Numbered from the stretch's first letter, positions 49,412-59,689 are shown. The stretch is DNA of 64,000 nucleotides from an uncultured Acidobacteriota bacterium (GCA_963809485.1 CAWEJX010000020.1:704001-768000); one strand, 5' to 3'. Program-made: numbers and translations. The notes: generated by a model not told the origin, from the sequence alone.

Positions 49412-51088
49412 ATGGGGCGAGCGTTTTCAGGAATTGAACGGAGGACTCAGTACCGGCGACCCGAGGAAAGGCCGTTTACGGCCGAAGAGCGCCAGAATGT
49501 TACAATACTTGTTGGCGGCCTCACCCGGAAGCACGAAGAGTTCATCCGGGCTGTTTTCCAGGGAAGCGGATACCGCTGCGAGCTTCTTCCCGTACCCGAT
49601 CAGACGGCATTTCATCTCGGCAAGGAATTCGGCAACAACGGCCAATGCAGTCCGGCCTACTTCACATCGGGCGCCTTGATTCAGTATCTCAGAGAGCTGG
49701 AAGCCGAGGGGCTTTCCCGGCAGGAAATAGTCGACAACTATCTTTACTTCACGGCAGGCTCCTGCGGTCCCTGCCGGTTCGGCATGTACGCCGCCGAATA
49801 CCGGCTGGCCCTGCAGAACGCCGGCTTCGACGGCTTTCGTGTTCTCAGGTTTCAACAGGACGAGGGCATCCGGCAGAAGACGGAAGCGCCGGGTTTGAAG
49901 TACACCATCGATTTCGGGCTGGGAATGCTCAAGGTTCTTTTCCTGGGAGATGTGCTGAACGATTTGACCTGCGGGATACGGGCCTATGAGGTTAATCCCG
50001 GCGAAACCGACCGGGTTATGGATCTCTGCGTTCAGGACCTCTGCGACCACCTGCGCGAATACAAAGCTCCCGAACTGTCTGCCGTAACACCCGGCTGGGT
50101 TACGGCGCAGCTGGCCGAGAGAAATTTTCTCCGGGGTTTGCTCAGCTTCCTGTACAAAATGAGGCTGCATTTGCGCGGCAAGGAGTTTCAGGAAGTGCTG
50201 GAAAGGTGCCGCAAGCGCATCGACGGGATTGCGGTGGATCGCCTGAAACTGAAGCCATCCGTAAAAATCATCGGCGAATTCTGGGCTCAGACTACGGAAA
50301 GCGGCGGGAACTACCGCATGTTCGATTTCCTGGAGCGCGAAGGTGCGCAGGTCCAGCCTGAAGCCATAGGAACCTGGATCGCCTATCTTCTGGCGCATGC
50401 GCGGATGCAGGCATACCCGCGCCGCGGAATGGATTCGCAATGCCGGGAACCTGCGCGCTGGGATGTGCGCCAGCGATGGCGCAATGAGCTGGGCTTCCAG
50501 AAAAAGCGCGCCCTGCTTATTCTCGGCGAACGCCTGTATTCCGGCTTGTACCATCAGGTCATAAAATCGCTGGGGGAAACCGCACACAATCTGGTGCCTC
50601 AGGACAAGCTCGCGCAGCTGGCGAATCCCTTCTACAAACCGCTGGCACGCGGCGGCGAAGGATACCTCGAGGTCGGCAAGAACATCTACTATCACACCAA
50701 CAAGCTTTGCCATATGGTTTTGAGCCTGAAGCCCTTCGGATGCCTTCCCTCCTCGCAGTCCGACGGGATCCAGTCTGCCGTTATCAGTAAGTTCAAAGAT
50801 ATGATCTATCTCCCGATCGAGACTTCCGGTGAGGGCGAGATCAATGCCCTGAGCCGGGTTCAAATGGCGCTGGGAGAAGCCAAAGCGAAGGCAAAATCGG
50901 AGTTCCAGGAAGCCTTGGCAAGCACGGGAAGGTCCCTGGGGGACATTCGAGCTTTCGCCGCCCGTAATTCTGACCTGAGCAGACCGCTGTATCGGGTCCC
51001 GCATCGCCCGGGGGTAGCCGGAGTCGCGGCAAACTTCGTCCTTCATGTGAACGACCTGATGGCCGGGCGCAGAGTTTTCGAGTCATAG
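49412..51088 (+). CDS. 2-hydroxyacyl-CoA dehydratase/reductase-like Fe-S subunit (PlsR-like)
   Basis: NNGQC.P.YFT.G, GSCGPCRFGMY, IIGEF, GGEG, KPFGCLP, IETSGEG.IN..SR. Confidence 0.75.
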   Translation: MGRAFSGIERRTQYRRPEERPFTAEERQNVTILVGGLTRKHEEFIRAVFQGSGYRCELLPVPDQTAFHLGKEFGNNGQCSPAYFTSGALIQYLRELEAEGLSRQEIVDNYLYFTAGSCGPCRFGMYAAEYRLALQNAGFDGFRVLRFQQDEGIRQKTEAPGLKYTIDFGLGMLKVLFLGDVLNDLTCGIRAYEVNPGETDRVMDLCVQDLCDHLREYKAPELSAVTPGWVTAQLAERNFLRGLLSFLYKMRLHLRGKEFQEVLERCRKRIDGIAVDRLKLKPSVKIIGEFWAQTTESGGNYRMFDFLEREGAQVQPEAIGTWIAYLLAHARMQAYPRRGMDSQCREPARWDVRQRWRNELGFQKKRALLILGERLYSGLYHQVIKSLGETAHNLVPQDKLAQLANPFYKPLARGGEGYLEVGKNIYYHTNKLCHMVLSLKPFGCLPSSQSDGIQSAVISKFKDMIYLPIETSGEGEINALSRVQMALGEAKAKAKSEFQEALASTGRSLGDIRAFAARNSDLSRPLYRVPHRPGVAGVAANFVLHVNDLMAGRRVFES

Positions 51089-51093
51089 TTTTT

Positions 51094-51181
51094 GATTCGA
51101 GATTCGAGATTCGAAATTAGCGAACCAATCCTCCAATTGCCAAACTCCAATTTCGGATCTCCCGTCTCGAACCTCGAATCC
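51094..51181. repeat. Facing heptamer repeats (gattcga)n ... (tctcgaa)n
   Basis: gattcgagattcgagattcgaaatt ... tctcgaacctcgaatc. Confidence 0.65.
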
Positions 51182-51198
51182 AAGGATCGGTGAATTGA

Positions 51199-54100
51199 GT
51201 GACTGCACCCAAATTTCGTGTAGGAATTGATGTAGGTTCCACAACCGTCAAAGCCATCATCGCGGATGCGGAGACAGACGCCGTGCTGTGGAAGGATTAC
51301 CGCCGGCATGACACGCGTCAGATCGAGGTGTTGCTTGATTTCCTGGGGCGAATGGAGCGCGAAACCGGAATGGCGCCGGACAATTGCCGGGTATTCATGA
51401 CCGGTTCCGGCGGCATCTCGCTTGCGGAACTGATCGGGGCGAAGTATGTCCAGGAAGTGCTCGCAGCATCTCTCATGGTGGAAAGACGCTGCCCGGAGGC
51501 CGCTTCCTTCGTCGAAATCGGCGGGCAGGATGCCAAGATCGTTGTCCTGCAGAAGGATCCCGAAACCGGCCGCATCAAGAAATTCCCTTCAATGAACGAC
51601 AAGTGCGCCGGCGGCACGGGCGCGGTGATTGACAAGATCAGCAAGAAGCTCGGCATCCCCCTCGAGGAAATTTGCCGGCTTCGCTATGACGGCATCCGCA
51701 TGCATTCGGTGGCGGGCAAGTGTGGAGTGTTCGCCGAAACCGACATCAACAGCCTGCAGAAACAGGGCATTCCTGCGGATGAATGCATGGCTTCCCTGTT
51801 CGAGGCTTTCGTCCTTCAGAACCTCAAGGTTCTGGCCCGCGGCCATACACTGCTTGCGCACGTTCTGCTTTTGGGCGGTCCGAATGCCTTCATCCCCGGA
51901 ATGCGCGAAGCCTGGCAGCGCAATATAGCGCTGACGTGGTCCGAGCGAGGCGTGCCGGTTCCTGAAGGCAAAACGCTGGCGGATCTGATCTACGCGCCGC
52001 CGGATGCCGAGTACTTCAGTGCGATGGGCGCTGCCGAGTTCGGCAAGGATGAAGAAACCGCTGTCGGCGCCTACTGCGGGATTTCGCAGCTTGAAAATTT
52101 GCACCTGGGCCGTGCGGAAGGCCGCGGCAAAGGCGGACAAGGCGTACCCGCACTCGTGGGGTCCCCGGAAGAGGTGGAAGTGTTCCTCAAGAATTATGCC
52201 CCGCCGCCTTTTGAGCCGCCCCTATTCAATCCGGGAGACACGGCACGGGGCTTCATCGGAGTGGATGGCGGATCCACGTCCACCAAAGCCGTCCTGCTGT
52301 CCCTGGAAGGCGAGGTCCTGGCCAGAGCCTATCAGCTGTCCAAGGGGAATCCGATCGAGGACACCATCGAAATTCTCGAGAAGCTGCGCAAACAGGTCGA
52401 AGCCCAGGGCGCCCGGATCGAGGTGCTGGGCGCGGCGACCACCGGCTATGCCAAGGATACGCTGCGGGACGTTATTTGCGCCGATGTCGCCCTGGTGGAA
52501 ACGGTAGCCCATACAAAATCCGCATTGCATTATTACGACACCCCCGACGCTATCGTTGACGTGGGAGGGCAGGACATCAAGCTGATGATCCTGAAGGACG
52601 GCCGTGTCAAGGACTTCAAGCTCAATACGCAGTGTTCGGCAGGAAACGGCTATTTCCTGCAGGCGATCTCCGAAGGATTCGGGTTCAAGGTGGAGCAGTT
52701 CGCCGACGTCGCTTTCACCGCCCGCGAGATGCCCGTTTTCCCTTACGGATGCGCAGTCTTTCTTCAGGCCGACATCGCCAGCTTCCAGGGCCAGGGGTGG
52801 AAACCGAATGAGATCCTGGCCGGCCTTGCGGCCGTGCTGCCCAAAAATGTCTGGCTCTATATCGCCAAGATCCCCAACCTGCCTGAACTGGGGACGCGAT
52901 TCATCCTGCAGGGAGGCACGCAAAACAACCTTGCAGCGGTCAAAGCACAGGTGGACTTTATCCGGCAGCGTTTTGCCGCTTCGGACAAGACGCCCGAGAT
53001 CATCGTCCACAAGCATGCCGGGGAAGCCGGCGCCATCGGTGCGGCCTTTGAAGCCATGACGCTGTGGCAGCAGGGAAGGAAAACCACTTTCATAGGTCTG
53101 GACGCGGTCCGGAACATCCAATACAAGACGACCGTCGGCGAGGAGACCCGCTGCCGCTTCTGCAAGAACCATTGCCTCCGCACGTTCATCGATATCGATA
53201 CGGGAAGCGACGGAAGCGGCGTCGAAGCCCACTCCGACAACGGGCACAGGCGCCTCATCATCGCCACCTGCGAAAAGGGCGCCGTGGAGGACCTGGGAGC
53301 CATGAAGGCTATTCAGTCCGGCCTGGATGCCGCAAGGGAGGCGAATCCGAACCTTTTGGAATATGCGGGGCGGGAAGTCTGGAAAGTGCACGCTCCGCAG
53401 AAATCGCCAGGCGCCGGCAATTGGGGATTGCGAAAGCGGCGGCTGATGGAAAAGCGCCAGCGGTTTCGCATCGGCATCCCGCGAGTTCTTGGAATGTACT
53501 CCTTTGCGCCGCTGTTCAACGGCTATTTCGAAACCCTCGGCGTCCAGCCGGCGAATATCGTGTACTCGGATTTCACCAGCGAAGAAATGTTCCGGGTCGG
53601 ATCCAAGCGCGGCTCGATCGATCCCTGCTATCCTTCAAAACTTGCCCTGGCGCACATACACAATCTTCTTTTCGAAAAGCACAAGCGCAAACCCATCGAC
53701 TGCATTTTCTTCCCGATGTTCGATGTCCTGCGCTCCTCTCTGGTCAATATCCGGGCCAGCAACGCGTGTCCCACGACAGCGCTGACTCCGGAAGTCGTTC
53801 GCGCCGCCTTCACCAAGGAGACGGACCTTTTCGCGAACAACGGCGTCCTTTATCTGGACACGCTGCTGGATCTTTCAAAGCCCGACCTGCTCGCCCGGCA
53901 GATGTTCACCGAATGGGCGTCCATCCTGGGACTGTCCAAGTCGGAGAATGCCGGCGCCGTCCGCGCCGGCTACGAGGCTCTCGACCGCTACGAATCGGAA
54001 ATACGGCGAAAGGCGCGCGAAATCATCGATCGCCTGGAGAAAGAGGGGGGAGTGGGAATCGTCCTTCTGGGGCGCCCCTACCACCATGACCCCGGAGTCA

Positions 54101-54567
54101 ACCAGGGCATACCGGGAGAGCTTCAGAAACGCGGCTATCCGGTCTTTTCCCAGGCGACCCTCCCGCTGGACCAGGATCTGCTCGAACGCCTCTTCGGAGA
54201 GGAGGTCCGGGAGGGGATCATCGCCCATGCGCTGGATGTGAGCGATGTATGGAAACACACCTTCTCGGCCAACAGTGCCAACAAGCTTTGGGCGGCGAAA
54301 TTTACGGCACGCCACCCCAACCTCATAGCCGTCGAGCTTTCCAATTTCAAATGCGGGCACGACGCTCCCATCTATTCCACAATCGAGAAGATCATTGAAA
54401 CATCCGGCACTCCTTATTTCGCTTTCAAGGACATCGACGAAAATAAGCCGACCGGCTCCATCAAGCTTCGTGTCGAGACGATCGACTATTTCCTGAAAAG
54501 ATACCGGAAGGAGTTGGAGGAAGCCAATCAGGCAGCCCTGTCAGAAAGCCGGAAGAAAGAAGCCTGA
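51199..54567 (+). CDS. Double BadF/BadG/BcrA/BcrD activator ATPase fused to a DUF2229-like reductase domain (PlsA/Ger-like)
   Basis: Two ASKHA modules (GIDVGSTT..GGQDAK..NDKCAGGTG; GVDGGSTS..GGQDIK..CSAGNG), CRFCKNHC, IGIPR, CYPSK, GRPYH, FKCGHD. Confidence 0.85.
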   Translation: MTAPKFRVGIDVGSTTVKAIIADAETDAVLWKDYRRHDTRQIEVLLDFLGRMERETGMAPDNCRVFMTGSGGISLAELIGAKYVQEVLAASLMVERRCPEAASFVEIGGQDAKIVVLQKDPETGRIKKFPSMNDKCAGGTGAVIDKISKKLGIPLEEICRLRYDGIRMHSVAGKCGVFAETDINSLQKQGIPADECMASLFEAFVLQNLKVLARGHTLLAHVLLLGGPNAFIPGMREAWQRNIALTWSERGVPVPEGKTLADLIYAPPDAEYFSAMGAAEFGKDEETAVGAYCGISQLENLHLGRAEGRGKGGQGVPALVGSPEEVEVFLKNYAPPPFEPPLFNPGDTARGFIGVDGGSTSTKAVLLSLEGEVLARAYQLSKGNPIEDTIEILEKLRKQVEAQGARIEVLGAATTGYAKDTLRDVICADVALVETVAHTKSALHYYDTPDAIVDVGGQDIKLMILKDGRVKDFKLNTQCSAGNGYFLQAISEGFGFKVEQFADVAFTAREMPVFPYGCAVFLQADIASFQGQGWKPNEILAGLAAVLPKNVWLYIAKIPNLPELGTRFILQGGTQNNLAAVKAQVDFIRQRFAASDKTPEIIVHKHAGEAGAIGAAFEAMTLWQQGRKTTFIGLDAVRNIQYKTTVGEETRCRFCKNHCLRTFIDIDTGSDGSGVEAHSDNGHRRLIIATCEKGAVEDLGAMKAIQSGLDAAREANPNLLEYAGREVWKVHAPQKSPGAGNWGLRKRRLMEKRQRFRIGIPRVLGMYSFAPLFNGYFETLGVQPANIVYSDFTSEEMFRVGSKRGSIDPCYPSKLALAHIHNLLFEKHKRKPIDCIFFPMFDVLRSSLVNIRASNACPTTALTPEVVRAAFTKETDLFANNGVLYLDTLLDLSKPDLLARQMFTEWASILGLSKSENAGAVRAGYEALDRYESEIRRKAREIIDRLEKEGGVGIVLLGRPYHHDPGVNQGIPGELQKRGYPVFSQATLPLDQDLLERLFGEEVREGIIAHALDVSDVWKHTFSANSANKLWAAKFTARHPNLIAVELSNFKCGHDAPIYSTIEKIIETSGTPYFAFKDIDENKPTGSIKLRVETIDYFLKRYRKELEEANQAALSESRKKEA

Positions 54568-54623
54568 AGCCTTTCAGGCAGGATCCGGCATTCTCGCTTT
54601 GAGTCCTATGGACGAATTCCGCT

Positions 54624-54692
54624 CCCGGCTTCTGGCTCGTGGTTCCTGGCTTCTTACTTCTTATTTCTTATTTCTTACTTCTGGCTTCCTGG
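54624..54692. repeat. Degenerate heptamer run (ggcttct / ttcttat)
   Basis: ggcttctggctcgtggttcctggcttcttacttcttatttcttatttcttacttctggcttcctgg. Confidence 0.6.
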
Positions 54693-54740
54693 ATTGATAC
54701 ATAGTAGACTCAGGCCGATTTTTCAGACAAGGAGGGCACA

Positions 54741-55169
54741 ATGTTCAAGGAATTTAAAGAGTTCGCAATGAAGGGAAATGTACTTGACATGGCGATCGGC
54801 ATCATCATCGGTGCCGCCTTTGGCAAAATCATCACTTCTTTTGTTTCCGACATACTGATGCCGCCCTTGGGGCTCTTGCTTGGGAAAATGGACTTTAGCA
54901 ACCTGTTCATCAACCTGTCGGGCGGAGACTTTCCCACCATAGCGGCTGCGAAAGCCGCGGGCGCCGCCACCATGAACTATGGCGTTTTTCTCAATACGAT
55001 CATCGACTTTATCATCGTGGCCTTCGCAATCTTCCTGCTGATCCGGCAGGTGAATAAGTTCAAGCGCCAGCCGCCGGCGGCACCGCCCAACACCAAGGAC
55101 TGCCCGTTTTGTGCTTCGGCGATACCCATTCCGGCAAAGCGCTGCCCGCACTGCACGTCGCAGCTGTAA
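54741..55169 (+). CDS. mscL: Large-conductance mechanosensitive channel with C-terminal CxxC-CxxC ribbon
   Basis: [26 protein letters not shown]; tail CPFC..CPHC. Confidence 0.95.
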   Translation: MFKEFKEFAMKGNVLDMAIGIIIGAAFGKIITSFVSDILMPPLGLLLGKMDFSNLFINLSGGDFPTIAAAKAAGAATMNYGVFLNTIIDFIIVAFAIFLLIRQVNKFKRQPPAAPPNTKDCPFCASAIPIPAKRCPHCTSQL

Positions 55170-55280
55170 GCAAACCGGGATCCGGCCATTCGAGCTATCG
55201 GGTCTTCGAGCCTGTGTGGCATAGCTATGCTCAGAAGCTCAAAGATTCGCCCATTTTTGCCGTCCGGTCGGGGATGCCTG

Positions 55281-55694
55281 CTATTTCTTGAAGAGGTCTA
55301 GAAAGGCTTGACGATGGCTATCCACAACTTTGGGAGGCGCGGCTCCGCTCCCCTGCTTTTCCACCAGGACCTTCGGTTCAAAAAAAGGACATAAATTGTT
55401 CGCGCTTTTGTTGATCACGCGCATCTCAACGGGCTTGGTGCATTCATTGCGGGCTGAAGGATCAAAATTGAGACAGTTCCTGCATGTGTGCAGATCCGTG
55501 TCGCAGTTCTTGCACTTGTCCGTGACGCGAATCTGATCCATGACCTGGATCTCTGAAGCACAGTTATTGCAGCGCGTTATCAGGTGGAATTTCGTTTCAA
55601 CCCTTCCTCCGGGCCCTTTCGGGCGCGGAGGAGGTTTTGGCTTCCTCTCGCGGTCGGCATCCATATAGCCGGATTGACGATATTTTCTCGACAT
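55281..55694 (-). CDS. Cys-rich hypothetical protein (putative Zn or Fe-S binding)
   Basis: RBS GAGGAGG; CNNC, CKNC, CRNC, C..C; C-terminal FLDLFKK. Confidence 0.75.
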   Translation of the reverse strand: MSRKYRQSGYMDADRERKPKPPPRPKGPGGRVETKFHLITRCNNCASEIQVMDQIRVTDKCKNCDTDLHTCRNCLNFDPSARNECTKPVEMRVINKSANNLCPFFEPKVLVEKQGSGAAPPKVVDSHRQAFLDLFKK

Positions 55695-56040
55695 TTGCCT
55701 CCTCGATGCTTTCAGCAGCCTGCTGCGAATAGAGAGAATCTGAAATTACCCGGCGCAGAAATCATACTGTATCAGTCCCTGCGTTTCCGGGCACTGGATC
55801 TTTGCAGATCCATTCATCCGGCAAGAATGCGAACGTCCGGGACTTTTGAATTCTAAATTGGGCTCATTCCGAAAGGTTTATATCCCGGAAATGGAGTTCC
55901 GCTGCCCTTCTCGATGAGTTGCACGACGATTGGTTGTGGACTACCCAAGGCCGGTGAAATTATAGAATACCACATATTTGGTCCCGGGTCGAATACTTCC
56001 GTTATCCCCAGCGATAGTCGCGATGCCCCTTCAGAACACA

Positions 56041-56194
56041 CCCTCGGAAGCGTCTCATCGGTTCTTGCACGCCGACCTTCGCCCTATTGATCAGCGTTCG
56101 TCAGCGTTTTGTCGGTGTATGTCGGCGTTCAACAATCCCGGAACTGGCAAACTCCGGGAGTCCCCCCAGCAGAGCGGGATTGCCGATTGATTGA
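56041..56194 (-). mobile_element. Degenerate half copy of the IS200-like element
   Basis: tcggaagcgtctcatcggttcttgcacgccgacc...tcagcg...ggaactggcaaactc...gagtccccc aligns by eye with 3774-3929. Confidence 0.6.
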
Positions 56195-56240
56195 CTACCG
56201 AACCCGTGCAGTCGGATGCCATTTTCACGAATGATACATT

Positions 56241-58184
56241 TCAGCTTTGCAGGGCTTCCATTTCGGAATGCAGCGTTTCCCACTGCTCCATATAATGATT
56301 GAGTTCGGCCTGCAGGCGATCATGTTCTTCCATTGTGGTGCGGAATAACTGGTGGTCCCGATAGAGTTCTTCGGTTGACAGCAATTGCGTCAAAACGGCG
56401 ATTCTTGTTTCGTGGGACTGGATCTGTCCCTCCAGCCGCTCAATCTGCTCCTGTTTTTGCCGGATTTTGAATGGATTGACTCTCTTTTTCTTTGCTTCAG
56501 GCTGGGCTCCCGCACCGTTATCTCCGGATTGAGCCGCTTCCTGTTCGACGGCCTGTTCTCTGGCCGCCCGCTCCTTTTCCAGTTCCGCTTTCTTGAAGAG
56601 ATAGTCCTCATAATTGCCCAGATAAGGAATGGCCTTCTGATCGCCGATTTCCAGGACTTTGGTTGCCAACCCATCAAGGAAATACCTGTCATGGCTTACG
56701 AAGACCATGGTGCCCTCGTAGTCTCGCAACGAATCCATCAGGATATCTTTGGACCGGATATCCAGATGGTTGGTCGGCTCGTCCAAAAGCAGGCAATTGG
56801 CTGGCGACAGCAGAAGCTTGCATAGCACCAGCCGGCTTCGCTCTCCCCCGCTCAGCACGGAAACCGGCTTTTCAACAGCATCCCCCGAAAACAGAAAGCA
56901 GCCGAGCAATGTGCGCAGCTGCGGCACGATGTGGTTCGGTGCGACAGCATAGACTTCGTCCCAAACCGTCCTGTTCGAGGCGAGCAGATCATCCTGGTCC
57001 TGGGAAAAATACGAGACCACGACATTGTGACCCTCTTTGCGCTCACCTTCGAATAGAGGCAGGCGACCGGCCAGGATTTTCATCATGGTCGATTTGCCTA
57101 CCCCATTGGGTCCCACCAGGGCGATCCGCTCGCCTTTTTCGAGAATATAGTTGAGATCACGAAAAACAACGGTATTGCCGTAGCCCGCGGAGACATTGGA
57201 CAACTCGAGGACGATGCGCCCGGTCCGCGGGCCCTCGGGGAAGCGCAGACGGATCGGCTTGGCCTCGGGCGGGATTTCGATCCGCTCCATGCGTTCGAGG
57301 TCCTTGAGGCGGCTCTGGACCTGAGCAGCCTTTGTGGCTTTGTAGCGGAACTTGTCGGCAAAAGCCTTGATGCGGGCGATTTCCCTCTGCTGCGCCTCAT
57401 ATTCCGCCATCAGCTGAGCCAAACGCTCCTCGCGCTGCCGGAGAAACTCGGCGTAATTCCCCTTGTAAAAGTGGACCGCCCGGTTTCGGATTTCGAGGAT
57501 CCGCTGAACGGCAGAGTCCAGAAAGTACCGGTCATGGGAAACCAGCACCAGGGCGTGAGGGTAGGTCTGCAGATAGTTTTCAAGCCAGTTCCGCGCTTCG
57601 AGGTCCAGATGGTTTGTCGGTTCGTCCAGCAGCAGAAGGCTCGGCTGCTGCAAAAGGAGTTTGGCGAGGGCGATGCGCATCTGCCACCCGCCGCTGAAAT
57701 CTTCACAGGGACGATTGAGATCCTCCTGCGTGAAACCCAGGCCGAGCAGGACCGAGCCGGCCTTCGCCTTAATCGAGTAGCCTTCCCTCAATCGGAACTG
57801 CTGCGAGATGACGGAATACCGCTCCAGTCTTTGTTCATATTCAGGACCCGAGTGCTCCATCTCGGCCATTTCATGTTCCAGTTGCCGGATCTCCAGCTCC
57901 AACTCCGTCAAAGACTCAAAGACTGACAGCGCCTCCTCCAGGAGCGTGCGCCCGTGCAGAAAAAGGCCATCCTGCGGAAGGTACCCGAAAGTCAGGTCCC
58001 GGGCGCCGATTATTTCTCCTTCGTCCGACGGCGCAAGGCCCGCAATCATTTTCATGAGAGTGGACTTGCCGGTGCCGTTGTCTCCGACGAGGCCGATCCG
58101 GTCGCGCTCGTTGATCTGAAAATCCAGCGAGCGGAACAGCCATTCGCCGCGAAACGCTTTCCCGAGCCCCTTGATTTGAAGCAT
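56241..58184 (-). CDS. ABC-F family ribosome-associated ATPase
   Basis: Two NBDs (GDNGTGKST, FSGGW, LDEPTNHLD; GPNGVGKST, LSGGE), no TM, coiled-coil tail. Confidence 0.95.
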   Translation of the reverse strand: MLQIKGLGKAFRGEWLFRSLDFQINERDRIGLVGDNGTGKSTLMKMIAGLAPSDEGEIIGARDLTFGYLPQDGLFLHGRTLLEEALSVFESLTELELEIRQLEHEMAEMEHSGPEYEQRLERYSVISQQFRLREGYSIKAKAGSVLLGLGFTQEDLNRPCEDFSGGWQMRIALAKLLLQQPSLLLLDEPTNHLDLEARNWLENYLQTYPHALVLVSHDRYFLDSAVQRILEIRNRAVHFYKGNYAEFLRQREERLAQLMAEYEAQQREIARIKAFADKFRYKATKAAQVQSRLKDLERMERIEIPPEAKPIRLRFPEGPRTGRIVLELSNVSAGYGNTVVFRDLNYILEKGERIALVGPNGVGKSTMMKILAGRLPLFEGERKEGHNVVVSYFSQDQDDLLASNRTVWDEVYAVAPNHIVPQLRTLLGCFLFSGDAVEKPVSVLSGGERSRLVLCKLLLSPANCLLLDEPTNHLDIRSKDILMDSLRDYEGTMVFVSHDRYFLDGLATKVLEIGDQKAIPYLGNYEDYLFKKAELEKERAAREQAVEQEAAQSGDNGAGAQPEAKKKRVNPFKIRQKQEQIERLEGQIQSHETRIAVLTQLLSTEELYRDHQLFRTTMEEHDRLQAELNHYMEQWETLHSEMEALQS

Positions 58185-58373
58185 CTTTTCTCCAAAAATG
58201 AATTATTCTATCAGACGGAAGCCCAAAATGTGAAAATGGCTCTCCCGAAGTAGTCTGAGAACTCGTAGCCGTCGTATAGGGCAGATCGATCGCCGCCTGA
58301 TGGTGAAAATTTGGGTTGTTCGCAGACGGTTTTCCGGCTCCCCTGCAGGGGAGCCGAGTCGGAGACAGGGAAT

Positions 58374-59060
58374 ATGAAACGAGCGGTTGCACTTGCCAGC
58401 GGCGGACTGGATTCCAGCACCGCAATGGCCATCGGCGCGGAGCAAGGCTTCGATATTTATGCCCTGACCTTTGACTACGGCCAGCGTCATCGATGCGAAC
58501 TCGAAGCCGCCCGGCGTGTCGTGAAATCGCTCGGCATCGCCCACCACACGGTCGCCACCATCGATCTCAGGACGTTTGGAGGCTCGGCTTTGACCTCCGA
58601 TATCGAGGTACCGAAAAACAGGCAGGCGATCCGGAATTGCGCCCAGATTCCCGTCACCTATGTCCCTGCGCGCAACACAATTTTTCTGAGCTTCGCCCTG
58701 GGCTGGTGCGAAGTCCTCGAAGCACAGGACATTTTTATCGGGGTTAACGCCGTTGATTATTCCGGGTATCCGGATTGCCGCCCTGAATTTCTCGCCGCTT
58801 TTGAAAACCTCGCAAATCTTGCGACCAAGGCCGGAGTCGAGGGTGTTGCCAGGTATCGCATCCATGCCCCGCTGCTGAATATGAGCAAGGCACAAATCAT
58901 CAGAGCGGGATTTGAGGCGGGCGTGGATTTTTCCCTGACGCACAGCTGCTACGATCCTTCTCCGGATGGATTGGCTTGCGGCGCCTGCGACTCGTGTCGC
59001 CTGCGGCGTGCAGGATTCGAGCAGGCAGGCATTCCCGATCCAACACGGTATCAGGGATAG
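58374..59060 (+). CDS. queC: 7-cyano-7-deazaguanine synthase
   Basis: SGGLDS, YGQRH, TYVPARN, YPDCR, SCY..CG.CDSC. Confidence 0.96.
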   Translation: MKRAVALASGGLDSSTAMAIGAEQGFDIYALTFDYGQRHRCELEAARRVVKSLGIAHHTVATIDLRTFGGSALTSDIEVPKNRQAIRNCAQIPVTYVPARNTIFLSFALGWCEVLEAQDIFIGVNAVDYSGYPDCRPEFLAAFENLANLATKAGVEGVARYRIHAPLLNMSKAQIIRAGFEAGVDFSLTHSCYDPSPDGLACGACDSCRLRRAGFEQAGIPDPTRYQG

Positions 59061-59066
59061 GCGATC

Positions 59067-59651
59067 ATGGCAGCCATCCGCAAACCGCTTCCAGTTAAAC
59101 TTTTTGTCGGCATCCTCACTTCCCTCCCGGAAATCGTGCCGCAGGCCGAGGACCGTCTCGCTGCGCTATTCGGGCCGGTGGATTCAAGGAGCGAACCGGC
59201 TCTTTTCGATTGGACCCAATACTACAACGAGACCATGGGAAGCCCGATCCACCGGTATTTCCTCAGCTTTTCAAAGCTGATCGAGCCGTCCGCCATCGCG
59301 GAAATAAAGATCCGGACCAATGACCTGGAATCGGTTTTCTCCTCGCAGTACCCGCGCCCGCCGCGACCGATCAACTTGGATCCAGGATACCTGGAGCAGT
59401 CCAAAATCGTTCTTGCATCAACCAAAAACTTCTATCACCGGATCCTGATCTCAGGCGGAATTTATGCCGAGGTTACGATGCATTTCGAAGGAAATGAATG
59501 GAGATCATTCCCCTGGACCTTCCCAGATTATAAAACCGGACGATACCATCCCTACTTTGCTTCGCTCAGGAGACTCTACAGGGAGCAATTGAGCGCAATG
59601 GGAGAAAAGCTCCGGCTCCGGCAAGTCCGGCTCGCCGACACGGGCGAATAA
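59067..59651 (+). CDS. DUF4416 family protein
   Basis: YY.ETMG, RPINLDPGY, LASTKNF.HRI, WTFPDY. Confidence 0.85.
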   Translation: MAAIRKPLPVKLFVGILTSLPEIVPQAEDRLAALFGPVDSRSEPALFDWTQYYNETMGSPIHRYFLSFSKLIEPSAIAEIKIRTNDLESVFSSQYPRPPRPINLDPGYLEQSKIVLASTKNFYHRILISGGIYAEVTMHFEGNEWRSFPWTFPDYKTGRYHPYFASLRRLYREQLSAMGEKLRLRQVRLADTGE

Positions 59652-59689
59652 GCATGCTTCAGCTGAGCCTGGCTGCGGGACACACGCAG

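Noticed and set aside
58185-58373. preQ1 riboswitch before queC
   Set aside because: A ggctcccc/ggggagcc hairpin is present, but no preQ1 consensus or A-rich tail.
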